A DNA stretch of 63,922 bases, counting the filler, from Acidimicrobiia bacterium (GTDB taxonomy: Bacteria; Actinomycetota; Acidimicrobiia; Spongiisociales; CAZKJJ01): assembly GCA_046759765.1 (NCBI GenBank). It is 9 parts of 9 records of this genome, joined end to end, with 100 filler letters (N's around TTAATTAATTAA, not from the genome) between each part and the next. Parts side by side here need not be neighbours in the genome. Positions count along the whole stretch, not along the records: positions 23,808 to 31,586 come from JBHICV010000121.1; positions 31,687 to 39,328 come from JBHICV010000122.1; 7 more parts are not named here. One strand, 5' to 3'. This document shows, piece by piece, positions 27,260 through 36,526 of this stretch. The translations under genes and the position numbers were made by a program. A model generated the notes under the pieces. The model did not search any database. It saw nothing but the letters and a program-made list of their open reading frames with translations, and had not been told where the DNA came from. Positions within the stretch are counted from its first letter, which is position 1; each line of letters begins with the position of its first letter.

Positions 27260-28048
27260 GTGGAAAGTGTTCCTGGGAGACGAATCGTTCTCGCTGGACT
27301 GTTAACCCTCCTAGTAGCTGTCCTAGCGACGGGAGCCTTCCTGACAGCGCGTGGCTTAGCCGGCCAGGCGGGTCGAGCACCCACACCCCCGGAGCTCACA
27401 AAGGAGTCGCAGGCTCTTGTTCTGCAGGCGGAGGGTCCCATCCATGAAGGGCTTCTGGCCAACTATCTGGTAAGCACCGACTCTCCACCGAGCGGACTGC
27501 TTACTCGGGAACAAGAGGAGCTGGTCCGTTGGGCCTTATGGAGGTTCTCCGCCGCAGGGCTCGAGCTACCAGAGGTAGACATCTTCTTCCAGAACGACAC
27601 AATGAGCTGCGGGGGCCGACAGGGGCTTTATCACACCGAGACGGCCACTCTCTATCTATGCACGCCACGTAAGCAGACCATCCTCCATGAGCTGGCTCAC
27701 GCCTGGACGGAAGCGCAGCTGTCAGAAGAGCGCCGTACGGGATTCGTGGAGTTCAGAGGAGTAAGGAGCTGGGACAGCCGAAGTGACCCCTGGGAGCTCC
27801 GCGCAACCGAACATGCTTCCGAGATCATCACCTGGGCCCTGATGGACCGACCGATCCACGTCCCAACCCAGCCCGCGGGACCGGGTGGAGAAACGATCTT
27901 TCAGCTGTTGTCCATCCCGAAGAGCGATGTCGACGCGCTCGCACTGGGCTATGAGTTCCTAACCGGAACTCTCCCGCCCTTTCGCCATGCCTCGGAGTGG
28001 GAGGAAATCCTCCAGATAGGAAACCCGGAGCTGCGCTACGCCCGGTGA
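27260..28048 (+). CDS. Secreted/membrane-anchored HExxH zincin-like protein
   Basis: N-terminal hydrophobic segment; ILHELAHAW and downstream EHASE; divergent from the SARP-cyclase gene. Confidence 0.7.
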   Translation: MESVPGRRIVLAGLLTLLVAVLATGAFLTARGLAGQAGRAPTPPELTKESQALVLQAEGPIHEGLLANYLVSTDSPPSGLLTREQEELVRWALWRFSAAGLELPEVDIFFQNDTMSCGGRQGLYHTETATLYLCTPRKQTILHELAHAWTEAQLSEERRTGFVEFRGVRSWDSRSDPWELRATEHASEIITWALMDRPIHVPTQPAGPGGETIFQLLSIPKSDVDALALGYEFLTGTLPPFRHASEWEEILQIGNPELRYAR

Positions 28049-28112
28049 ATCTGTTTCCGTGACGTCTACTCGTCGGTACGACTAAGAGTCGTCACAAGAA
28101 TGAAGGCGCTTG

Positions 28113-28721
28113 TCAATCGCCCCAGTACCGCTCTTCAGTCCACGGATCGCCGCGCATGTGATAGCCGTTTCGCTCCCAGAATCCGGGCTCGTCCTCGCTG
28201 AGCACCGTGAAGCCTCGCACCCACTTGACCGACTTCCAGAAGTAGAGGTGCGGTACGACCAGTCGTAGCGGCCACCCATGGTCCGGCGTCAGCTCGCCAC
28301 CGCGGAAGCCCCAGGCAAAGAGATTCTCCGGCTGGGCGAAGTCTTCGAGCGGGAGGTTGGCAGTGAAGCCGTGCTCGGCGTTCACGAGAACATACTCGGC
28401 TCCCGGCAGCAGCTCGATGTGGTCGAGCACTGTCTCCGTCGGCACGCCCTCGAATTCCGCATCGAACAGGGACCACTTGGTGACGCAGTGGACGTCTGCG
28501 ACGCGGGTCTCTGCACCCAGAGCGCGAAACTCGTCATAGGTCCAGCTCTTCCGCTCCGCCACGAGGCCATCGACTGTGAAATCCCACGTAGCCAGGTCTA
28601 CTTCGGGAACGACGCCGGCGTGAAGAACCGGCCACCGCTCTGTGTGGTATTGACCCGGTGGAAGCCGAGCGGGATCGATCCCCAAGGCGGCGAGCTCTTC
28701 TCGTTTACGGTCGAATGTCAT
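28113..28721 (-). CDS. Sulfite oxidase-like molybdopterin oxidoreductase (YuiH/MsrP-like)
   Basis: RLPPGQ, DVHCVTKWS, HGWPLRLVVPHLYFWKSVKW, GFWERNGYH. Confidence 0.93.
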   Translation of the reverse strand: MTFDRKREELAALGIDPARLPPGQYHTERWPVLHAGVVPEVDLATWDFTVDGLVAERKSWTYDEFRALGAETRVADVHCVTKWSLFDAEFEGVPTETVLDHIELLPGAEYVLVNAEHGFTANLPLEDFAQPENLFAWGFRGGELTPDHGWPLRLVVPHLYFWKSVKWVRGFTVLSEDEPGFWERNGYHMRGDPWTEERYWGD

Positions 28722-28761
28722 GCCATCCCGGCCTAGCTAGCAACCGGCGGTACGCTACCTC

Positions 28762-29412
28762 GTGAAACCCGGCATGACCGAGACCGAAACCGTTCCCACC
28801 GAGCCCGAAGCCCTACCGCCCCGCGGCGGCCGCCTGGCGTTGATCTTCGTAGCAGTGATCGTCGTGGGAGCAGGAATCGGGTTTGCCGTACGATCCGCCT
28901 TCCGGAATGCAGAGGAGCTCAGGCAGCCGCCGACACTTGACCAATCGCTGAGTGCCTTCCCGCCAGGACCCAACGCAGGGCAGCCGGCACCTGACTTCAC
29001 GCTCGAGCTCTTCGACCTGTCGACCTTTACGCTGTCGGAACATCTTGCTAACGACGGCCGACCCGTCTTGCTCTACTTCTGGTTCCCTTCCTGTCCCCCA
29101 TGCAGGGCTGAGATGCCGGAAATCAACCGAGTCGCCGACACAACCCCCGGCGTCATCTTCGTCGGCGTAGGTCTTCCCGTGATCGATACTCGTGAGCAGG
29201 CAGCCGCCTTTGCGGAGGAAATGAACGTCAAATACCCGATCGGGTGGGACGAAACGGAGTCAATCGCCGCTGCGTACGGCGTCGCCCGACTTCCACAAAC
29301 ATGGGTGATCGGCTCCGATGGAAGGATCGTTCGCACGTACATAGGTGCCGTCACCGAACAGTGGCTGCGCGGGCTGATCTGGGACGATCTCGGAGTCGTC
29401 TCCGAAGCGTAG
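28762..29412 (+). CDS. TlpA/ResA-like membrane-anchored thiol-disulfide oxidoreductase
   Basis: N-terminal TM, GQPAPDFTL, CPPCRAEMP, cis-Pro LPQT. Confidence 0.9.
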   Translation: MKPGMTETETVPTEPEALPPRGGRLALIFVAVIVVGAGIGFAVRSAFRNAEELRQPPTLDQSLSAFPPGPNAGQPAPDFTLELFDLSTFTLSEHLANDGRPVLLYFWFPSCPPCRAEMPEINRVADTTPGVIFVGVGLPVIDTREQAAAFAEEMNVKYPIGWDETESIAAAYGVARLPQTWVIGSDGRIVRTYIGAVTEQWLRGLIWDDLGVVSEA

Positions 29413-29421
29413 GAGAGCGGC

Positions 29422-30567
29422 TCAGGCTCCAGTCCCCCGGAATCCCCACAGACCGACGACCCTGCCATCGACACCGAATTCGGAGAAGTTGCCGGTGGCC
29501 ACGTTCAACGCCATCACGTACGAGCTCCCCATCATCTCGCTGGGCATGAGCACGAACCCATCAAACGTCCAATCCATCGGCGCCGCGAGCGGTCGACTCT
29601 GCTCGGCAGCTCCGAGCTCCCATGAGCGCTCAGCGGGTTCCCCAACCGGCGCGATCCGAAGGAAGGTTCCATCCGCGCTGCGCTCGAGATATGCCACTCT
29701 GTCGCCGTCGGGTGAAAAGGCCACTCCACGGGGAACGAACCCGGCCGGAGTGAGGTCTTCCAAGTTGGGATCGGTAAGAACGAACTCGTCACCGGCGTAC
29801 AACAACAGGGCTCCGGATGGCCCGGCGGCGGCGAATTCGTGCAGGGTTGATCCGAGAACCCCACCCTGTTCATCGAGCGTCACGAGCCCATCTGGCCCCT
29901 GGAGTAGGTACCAGCCTTCCCCGAAGGCCCGTACGAATGTCCCGTCGGGAACCTCTGTGACTTCTCGAGTGTCTGCATCGGGCCGGGAGGTGCCGGTCGG
30001 ATTCCGTACGACGCCTGGGGACGCAGATACCAATACCGTCCGACCATCACCCTGCTTCTGCGTCCAGGCCATCCCCGACGGATCCACCAAATGCCATGCA
30101 AACGACGTGATTCCCTCCTGGTAGGGCTCGAGGGGAAACGGGGTCTGAATGCTGCCCAGGTGCAGAAAAGAACTAGCCCCGGAGGTGCTCCGGGCCGCGG
30201 CCCAGACCCGCGTCGAGTTCAGATCGAGCGAGTTGAACAGCTCGGCTCCCATGACTATGCGCTCGGGCTTGGTGGCGTAGGGACCCCAGACCGCTAGCTC
30301 TAGGTTCCCCCCGCTCATCAAAAGAGCCGCCAGGAGTCCCTGGTATCCGGGAATCAGGATTCGATCACGCTCCTCACCGCCACTTGCTGCCTCGTTGGCC
30401 GTCAGCTCCTCATTAGTTAGCGGGGGACTCGGGGCGACGCCCGTATTGGCGCCTAACAGGTAACCGAGGGCCACGCCGCCGATCACCAAGGCCAGCACCA
30501 ACAGCCACGGAAGACGGGGCTTCTCGGGCTCGGGCGGCTGATCCGGCCCGACGGTCACCTCATTCAC
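29422..30567 (-). CDS. Membrane-anchored hypothetical protein, probable beta-propeller (TolB-like)
   Basis: Single N-terminal TM; AFSPDGDRVAY blade-like motif. Confidence 0.65.
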   Translation of the reverse strand: MNEVTVGPDQPPEPEKPRLPWLLVLALVIGGVALGYLLGANTGVAPSPPLTNEELTANEAASGGEERDRILIPGYQGLLAALLMSGGNLELAVWGPYATKPERIVMGAELFNSLDLNSTRVWAAARSTSGASSFLHLGSIQTPFPLEPYQEGITSFAWHLVDPSGMAWTQKQGDGRTVLVSASPGVVRNPTGTSRPDADTREVTEVPDGTFVRAFGEGWYLLQGPDGLVTLDEQGGVLGSTLHEFAAAGPSGALLLYAGDEFVLTDPNLEDLTPAGFVPRGVAFSPDGDRVAYLERSADGTFLRIAPVGEPAERSWELGAAEQSRPLAAPMDWTFDGFVLMPSEMMGSSYVMALNVATGNFSEFGVDGRVVGLWGFRGTGA

Positions 30568-30622
30568 AGCGCTTCCCGGGATGGGCCCCTCAGGCTAAGG
30601 GGGGTCCTCGCTATAAGCGGCC

Positions 30623-30766
30623 CTAAGGCCCGACAACGCCTCCAGTGTCGATTATTCCTCCGGCGGTTTCGAACAGCAGCACGAGGCCGAGCAGCGCCAC
30701 AAAGGTGATAACCAGATAAAGGAGCCAACGAAATACGCGTGGGATGGAATCGAGGAAGCTACGCAT
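30623..30766 (-). CDS. Small single-TM protein (47 aa)
   Basis: TAATG overlap with the sortase stop; MRSFLDSIPRVFRWLLYLVITFVALLGLVLLFETAGGIIDTGGVVGP. Confidence 0.6.
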   Translation of the reverse strand: MRSFLDSIPRVFRWLLYLVITFVALLGLVLLFETAGGIIDTGGVVGP

Positions 30767-31479
30767 TAGACCTCGGGATTCTCGTCGACCTGCTGCTGTG
30801 CCTGGATGAAGTCGTAGTTGGGTCCCTCGACCAACTCGGCAACCACGATCAGCCGCTGCCTCGCTGAGAACCTCGGATTGCAGGTCGTCAGCGTGAGCCA
30901 CGAGCCCGGGCGAAACTCGGTGACCCAAACGTCGGAGGGCGCCACGATGAGGGTCTCACGCACCTGGAACGTGTGCTGTCCCCGCAATGTCTCCACAGTG
31001 ATCAGATCGCCCAGGCTTACCTGATCCAGGTCGAAGAACGGAGCCCCATAAGTGGTTCGGTGGCCGCTGATCACCGCGTTCCCCGGCTGGCCGGGCAACG
31101 GCGTCCAGGGCATATGTCCCGGTCCCGCCTTCAGGGTGGAACGGTCAACGCCTTCCATAAGAACATGATCAACGCCGATTCCGCCGATGGTTAGCCGTCC
31201 TACCGGCTCACCGACGTCGGGCGCCTCCTCGGGATAGAGCGAGGGCAACGTGACCATCGGCTGATCCGGAGCCGAACCGATCGTGGGGTCGTCCTGCTCG
31301 AACGGAATCGGCTCCGCCAGGTCCGAAGCCGCGGCCAGCCGAGCCTCAAAGGCGGCCTCGGCATTGCTCTGCGCGCGCGCGGTGATGAAGTTTGTGCCGA
31401 CCAGCTGATAGGCCAGGAAGGCGACAATAAGGGTGCCGCTCCAGACCATGGTCCAGCCAAGGATCCTCAAAGCCCGCAT
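30766..31479 (-). CDS. Class E sortase
   Basis: N-terminal TM, GPGH..TPLPGQPGN.VISGHRTTYGAPF, LTLTTCNPRFSARQR (His/Cys/Arg triad). Confidence 0.93.
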   Translation of the reverse strand: MRALRILGWTMVWSGTLIVAFLAYQLVGTNFITARAQSNAEAAFEARLAAASDLAEPIPFEQDDPTIGSAPDQPMVTLPSLYPEEAPDVGEPVGRLTIGGIGVDHVLMEGVDRSTLKAGPGHMPWTPLPGQPGNAVISGHRTTYGAPFFDLDQVSLGDLITVETLRGQHTFQVRETLIVAPSDVWVTEFRPGSWLTLTTCNPRFSARQRLIVVAELVEGPNYDFIQAQQQVDENPEV

Positions 31480-31586
31480 TTGCCCGCTGCCAGGCTAACG
31501 GTATCTAGCCATCACGGAAAGTGGCAAAGCCAACACTCTCTGTCAAACTTCCGACAAAGGGCTAACGCCGAGCTCAGGCCCATTTG

Positions 31587-31686
31587 NNNNNNNNNNNNNN
31601 NNNNNNNNNNNNNNNNNNNNNNNNNNNNNNTTAATTAATTAANNNNNNNNNNNNNNNNNNNNNNNNNNNNNNNNNNNNNNNNNNNN
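31587..31686. other. Artificial contig linker
   Basis: N44-TTAATTAATTAA-N44. Confidence 0.99.
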
Positions 31687-32705
31687 GTTTCGCTCAACAG
31701 AGCCTCCAGCCTCGTCACCGCGAGCTCCCAGTCGAACTTCTGGGTGATCAGAGCCATTCCTTCCTGGGAGATCTTCGCTCTGAGGCGAGGGTCCGCCGCC
31801 GCCAACTCCAGCTTCTCGGCCAGATCGGCCACATCTCGCCGCCTGGCCACCAACGCCGTTCGACCATCCCATGCATAGTCACGACAGCCGCCGTTGTCGT
31901 AGGTCACGAGCGCCGCGCCGCAGGCCATCGCCTCCATGGCCGGCATCCCGAGCCCTTCATCCCAGGACGGGCAGAGGTAAATCGGACAGCGACTGTAGAG
32001 CCAGGCGAGCTGCCGTTGTGGGAGGTTTTCGTGATACTCATCGTAGGCTTCGCCCCGTCTCGGTCGTTTCAGGCCGAACCCGACCAGCCGGAGGTCCCGA
32101 TACTTGGTTTTGACGCGGCGCACTGCTTCAAGACCGTCCACGACGCCCTTCCACGCATAGTCGTGATGCAGCATTAACACGCGGAGCACACCCGCATCGG
32201 GCTCAACCTCCACCCGAGAGAAGAGGGCCGGGTCCACCGGCGTCACAAGGAGCTCGGCATCGGCGCCGAACTTCTCCCGCATGATCCCCTTGAGCCAGGT
32301 GGAGATGACGATTTTTCTCAGGGGGTAGGCATACGTCCGATCCACTTGCTCGGAGCCGCCGTGATAGAGGCTTTCGTAGTGCTGGACCAGATAGAATTTC
32401 TGACCGCAGCGGCCTGGCGCGCTCTCCGCGAGGCCGGCGGTCTGCCAGGCCGTCGCGACCACCACATCCGCGCTCGGAAGAGTCTCGCCCGACAGCTCAG
32501 GCACCCAAAGCATTCCCGGGCGGAAGTCCCCGACCCAATCGGGGCTCTCGGCCCTCAGATTCTTCCACCACGCCTTGATAAAGTTCCGGACCGGCACGAC
32601 CACTACGACCTGGTGGCCGCGCCGTGCCAGCCGGTCGGCGTACGTCAGGATCGCGCGAACGCCGCCGGCAATCCTCACGTGCGGACAAACAAACGTAATC
32701 CTCAT
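31687..32705 (-). CDS. Glycosyltransferase family 4 (stop codon off contig)
   Basis: GGVR, ATAWQT, YLVQHYE, EGLGMPAMEAMACG (EX7E). Confidence 0.92.
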
Positions 32706-32709
32706 CCAT

Positions 32710-32737
32710 TCGGAGGGGGCCCAGTGGCCCCCTCCGA
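32710..32737. repeat. Perfect 12-bp GC-rich inverted repeat (REP-like)
   Basis: TCGGAGGGGGCC-CAGT-GGCCCCCTCCGA, followed by TACCTCCCCCC. Confidence 0.7.
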
Positions 32738-32776
32738 TACCTCCCCCCTAAAGGACCCGCCGCCCATTCAGAATAC

Positions 32777-34429
32777 TCATATCGCGAGGGAGACCTGGCC
32801 GGTCCGACGATAGGCAGCGGGGTCCAGGATCACGTTCAAGCACCAGACCTCATCGGACGCCAGGGCCTTTTCCAGCGCGGGGCGGATTTCGTGAGGCTCG
32901 GTGATCAAAAGGCCGCGGCCGCCCAGAGCCTCGACCATCCGGTCAAAGCGGGTAAACGGCAGTGACGTTCCGACGGCACGCGCCTCGCCCCAGAACGAGA
33001 TCTGAGGATTCCGGATCTGCCCCCACCCGCCATCGTTGCCGATGATGCAGGTCATGGGCAGGTGAAAGCGCACCGCGGTCTCGAGCTCCATGCCATTCAG
33101 GCCGAAGGACCCATCGCCCGAGATCAGCAGGACGCGTCGATTGGGCTCGAGGAGCTTGGCGGCGATCGCAAAGGAGGGCCCGACCCCGAGGCATCCGAAC
33201 TGGCCCGTATCAAGCCACTGACCTGGCCGCTGGAGCGGCACGAATTTGGAGGCACACCCGACCACGTCGCCGCCGTCGCCCACGACGGTCGTCTCAGGGT
33301 CCACCAGTTGAGCAATTTCGTGGGCGAACCGGTAGTGGCTGATCGGTACCTGGCCCGAGCGGGCCTCCGCGTTGAGCATTTCCCGGCCCTCCCGATCCTT
33401 CTCCCTCACCTGCTCAGCCCACCTGGCAAACCGCACCGCCAATCCCGACGGAAGGGCCTCCCGAACCTGACGGAGGACCAGCCCGGTATGACCCACCAGC
33501 CCGAGGGCCAGCGGCCGGTTGCGCCCAAGCTCATTGGGGTCCGAGTCCACCATCACCACTCTCGCGTCCTCGGCGAACGCAGGCGGACGACCGTACCCCA
33601 GTCTGAAGTCCAGGGGAGCCCCGAGGACGATCACGAGGTCGGCGCGCGAGAGGGCGAAGCCGCGCGCCTGGAGAAAGCCCAGCGGGTGGTGGAACGGGAG
33701 GCATCCGCGTCCGGCACCGTTCATGAATGTCGGTACGCCGGCTCCTTCGACGAACCGCGTCAGGTCGTTGGCGGCGTCATCCCAGTAGACGCCGCTTCCC
33801 GCGATCAACAGTGGCCGCTCGGCACTGCCCAGCAAATCGGCGAATCGCATTACGGAGTCCGGGTCCGCCGCCTGTGGATTGCGATGGAGGTACCCGGTCG
33901 GAATCGGAGCCAGACGGTCTTCCATCTGGTTGACCAGCAGGTCCACAGGAATCTCGACGAAAACGGGACCGGGACGACCGGTGAGCGCGGCCCGCATGGC
34001 CGTGGTCAGCATCTCGGGGATGAGACGGGTCTCGGGAACACTCCACGTCCCCTTCGTGATCGCGCCAAAGAGGGGAAGCTGGGGCATCTCCTGAAGAGCG
34101 CCCATTCCCTTGAGCCCAACCATCGCCGCGCCACCGATCAAGACCAGCGGGCTCCTGGCCGCATAGGCGTTCGCCACTCCCGTCACGGCGTCGGTCACCC
34201 CGGGTCCGGCGGTCACAATCGCGACGCCGACGTTGCGAGTGAGACGCGCATAGGCGTCGGCCGCGTGGGTGGCGGCCTGCTCGTGGCGCACGTCGATGAT
34301 CTGAATCCCTTCGGTGAGACAACCGTCATAGATGGGCAGGATATGGCCACCGCAGAGGGTGAAGATATGCCGGACCCCTGCGTGTTTCAGCGTCTTCGCA
34401 ACCAGCTCCCCGCCTGTCAGATCCGCCAT
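32777..34429 (-). CDS. ThDP-dependent enzyme (acetolactate synthase-like / 2-hydroxyacyl-CoA lyase family)
   Basis: LCGGHI, DVRHEQAA, TAGPG, GDGSFG...GND ThDP motif. Confidence 0.92.
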   Translation of the reverse strand: MADLTGGELVAKTLKHAGVRHIFTLCGGHILPIYDGCLTEGIQIIDVRHEQAATHAADAYARLTRNVGVAIVTAGPGVTDAVTGVANAYAARSPLVLIGGAAMVGLKGMGALQEMPQLPLFGAITKGTWSVPETRLIPEMLTTAMRAALTGRPGPVFVEIPVDLLVNQMEDRLAPIPTGYLHRNPQAADPDSVMRFADLLGSAERPLLIAGSGVYWDDAANDLTRFVEGAGVPTFMNGAGRGCLPFHHPLGFLQARGFALSRADLVIVLGAPLDFRLGYGRPPAFAEDARVVMVDSDPNELGRNRPLALGLVGHTGLVLRQVREALPSGLAVRFARWAEQVREKDREGREMLNAEARSGQVPISHYRFAHEIAQLVDPETTVVGDGGDVVGCASKFVPLQRPGQWLDTGQFGCLGVGPSFAIAAKLLEPNRRVLLISGDGSFGLNGMELETAVRFHLPMTCIIGNDGGWGQIRNPQISFWGEARAVGTSLPFTRFDRMVEALGGRGLLITEPHEIRPALEKALASDEVWCLNVILDPAAYRRTGQVSLAI

Positions 34430-34525
34430 GCGCCGCCTAAAGCTGCCGACCCCCCCTCCCTACGGCTTCCGATCCATCCGAAGCTCGACTGAACCCAGTC
34501 GACGATCCGGGTGAGCCGCACCGCG

Positions 34526-35467
34526 CTACAGACAGGCGTGGTCGCCTCGGGCCCCGCGCAGGCGTTCCATCCCGTCCAGCATCTGCCGCAGATCCATCGG
34601 CAGGTGCATCTCGTTGCCGAACTCCTGATAGCATCGCATGATGTTGGGCAAGATTCGCTCCGCCTCCCGCCAGGACGCGTACACACCCAGCTTGATATCA
34701 CGCGCGGCATCCTCGGCGGACATGCCTGCGTCGAAGCGCTCTTTGGCCTCTTGGCGAACCAGCGCGAGATAGTCGCGCATGTGTTTCAGGTCCGTCTTGG
34801 TCCCAATCGGGCCGTGACCAGGCACAAGTACGTCAGCTTCGTACGTCATGAGGCGATCGGCCGCCGTGATCCAGCTGCCGATGTGCCCCTGGAACGCGAG
34901 CGGGGTCACGTAGTGAAACGCGAGGTCACCCGTGAACAGGATACGCTCCTTCGGCAAGAACGCGATGGCGTCCCCCACCGTGTGGGCGGCGGTGCCCGGA
35001 TGCCACAGGTGAATCTCGTGGTCACCGTCCTGGATTACCATGCGGTCCGGGAAGGTCGCCGTCGGCAGCACGACCTTCAGCATCCTGAACTCCCTGGCAT
35101 ACTTCGGCATAAAGCGCTGGAGCAGCGCCAGCGGCGGGAAGCCTGGCGCCAGCGCCTCGCGACACTTCTCAGACGAGATGATGGTCGCGCTGCGGAAGAA
35201 CCGATTGCCACCGGCGTGATCAACGTGGTGGTGGGTGTTGATCAGCTGCCGGATCGGCTTGCGGGTCGTCTTCTTCATCGCCGCGACGAGCCTTCGAGTC
35301 ATCGACGGCACCATGAGCGCGTCGACGGCGAGGGCGGCCTCCTGGCCGACGATCAGCCCTGAGTTTGAAATTCCGGTCTCTCCGGTCGCCTGCACATAGG
35401 CGAAGATCTTCGGCCCGATCTCGATCATGCCTGTCTTCCAACGTGACGGCACCTGGTGTTCCGACAT
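34526..35467 (-). CDS. MBL-fold metallohydrolase (cyclase-like)
   Basis: GGAGGA SD, ATG at 35467; THHHVDHAGGN, AHTVGD, FTGDL, PGHG. Confidence 0.9.
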   Translation of the reverse strand: MSEHQVPSRWKTGMIEIGPKIFAYVQATGETGISNSGLIVGQEAALAVDALMVPSMTRRLVAAMKKTTRKPIRQLINTHHHVDHAGGNRFFRSATIISSEKCREALAPGFPPLALLQRFMPKYAREFRMLKVVLPTATFPDRMVIQDGDHEIHLWHPGTAAHTVGDAIAFLPKERILFTGDLAFHYVTPLAFQGHIGSWITAADRLMTYEADVLVPGHGPIGTKTDLKHMRDYLALVRQEAKERFDAGMSAEDAARDIKLGVYASWREAERILPNIMRCYQEFGNEMHLPMDLRQMLDGMERLRGARGDHACL

Positions 35468-35487
35468 CGTCGTCCTCCGTCCGCGCC

Positions 35488-36366
35488 CTACCGGCCGCGG
35501 GTGAGTCCGCGATACCAGTCGAGAATCTCCTCGCCCTTCCAGAAGAGCACTCCCGGTTTCTTCTTCATGTAGGCGTAGATCTTCTCGAAGTACTTGATGC
35601 GGTGCGGCACCCCGCTGATGTACGGGTGGACGGCGAGAGCCATGACCCGCGCTGTCTGCCGGCCTTCCTCGTAGAGCCGATCGAACTGATCCCGTGCCCG
35701 ATCGAAAAGTTCTCGGGCCTCGTGGTGCTGGACCATCATGATCGGGATGTCGTTGAGCTCGACGGTGTACGGGACCATGACGAGAGGCCTGGCGGTCGTC
35801 TTGATCTCGTATGGCTGATCGTCGTTGACCCAGTCCGAAACGTACTCGATCCCCTCCTCGGCCAGAATATCCAGGGTATCCCACGTCTCGGTGAGGCCGG
35901 GGCCCAGCCACCCGCGTGGCGGCTTGCCGGTAAACTTGCGGATTGTGTCGATGGACCTGCGGATGACCTCACGTTGGTCCTCGACCAGGTGAAGCGGCTT
36001 CTGGATGTAGCCGTGGCCCAGGAACTCCCAGTCGGCCGCTCGGGCGGCCTCGGCGACGCGCGGGCAGGAGTGACACACGGACGCATTGACCGACATCGTC
36101 GCCTTGATCTTGTACCTGTCGAGCGCAGCCTTGAGCCGCCAGAAACCCACGCGCATGCCGTACTCGTGCCATGCATAGTTGGGAACATCGGGAATCACGC
36201 TGGCTCCGCCCGGCACGGGCAGCACGGTACGGGGCATCGGCCCCTGGATATCCCACTCTTCCACGTTCACGATGGTCCACACGACAACCCGCGCCCCCTT
36301 GGGGAGCTTGAGGGGCTTCCGGTCGACAATGGCCGAGTAGTCGAAGCGTTCCTTCGGCAGTTTCAT
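35488..36366 (-). CDS. Polysaccharide deacetylase family protein (PuuE/allantoinase-like)
   Basis: NVEEW, EYGMRVG, GHGY, GWLGPG, PYT.ELND, HPYISG.PHR. Confidence 0.9.
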   Translation of the reverse strand: MKLPKERFDYSAIVDRKPLKLPKGARVVVWTIVNVEEWDIQGPMPRTVLPVPGGASVIPDVPNYAWHEYGMRVGFWRLKAALDRYKIKATMSVNASVCHSCPRVAEAARAADWEFLGHGYIQKPLHLVEDQREVIRRSIDTIRKFTGKPPRGWLGPGLTETWDTLDILAEEGIEYVSDWVNDDQPYEIKTTARPLVMVPYTVELNDIPIMMVQHHEARELFDRARDQFDRLYEEGRQTARVMALAVHPYISGVPHRIKYFEKIYAYMKKKPGVLFWKGEEILDWYRGLTRGR

Positions 36367-36425
36367 GGCGTCCTCCGTGACGAAGCAGGCGTCAAGAATG
36401 ATGCCGGCGACTACATCAGGACGTG

Positions 36426-36454
36426 ATCATAGCCCGTTCGCGCGGCAAGGGCAA
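36426..36454 (-). promoter_or_regulatory. Sigma70-type promoter
   Basis: TTGCCC-17 bp-TATGAT, 60 nt upstream of the deacetylase start. Confidence 0.55.
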
Positions 36455-36526
36455 CGCGGCGGCGCTCATCTGGATGGTTTCGGCATTGACACGCACAGGG
36501 GCTTATAGTATCCACGTTCCGTGGCC

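Noticed and set aside
33062..34492. Long antisense ORFs (e.g. 476 aa here, 519 aa at 57597-59156, 407 aa at 21318-22541, 387 aa at 10805-11968)
   Set aside because: Shadow frames opposite well-supported genes, expected in high-GC DNA; no motifs.
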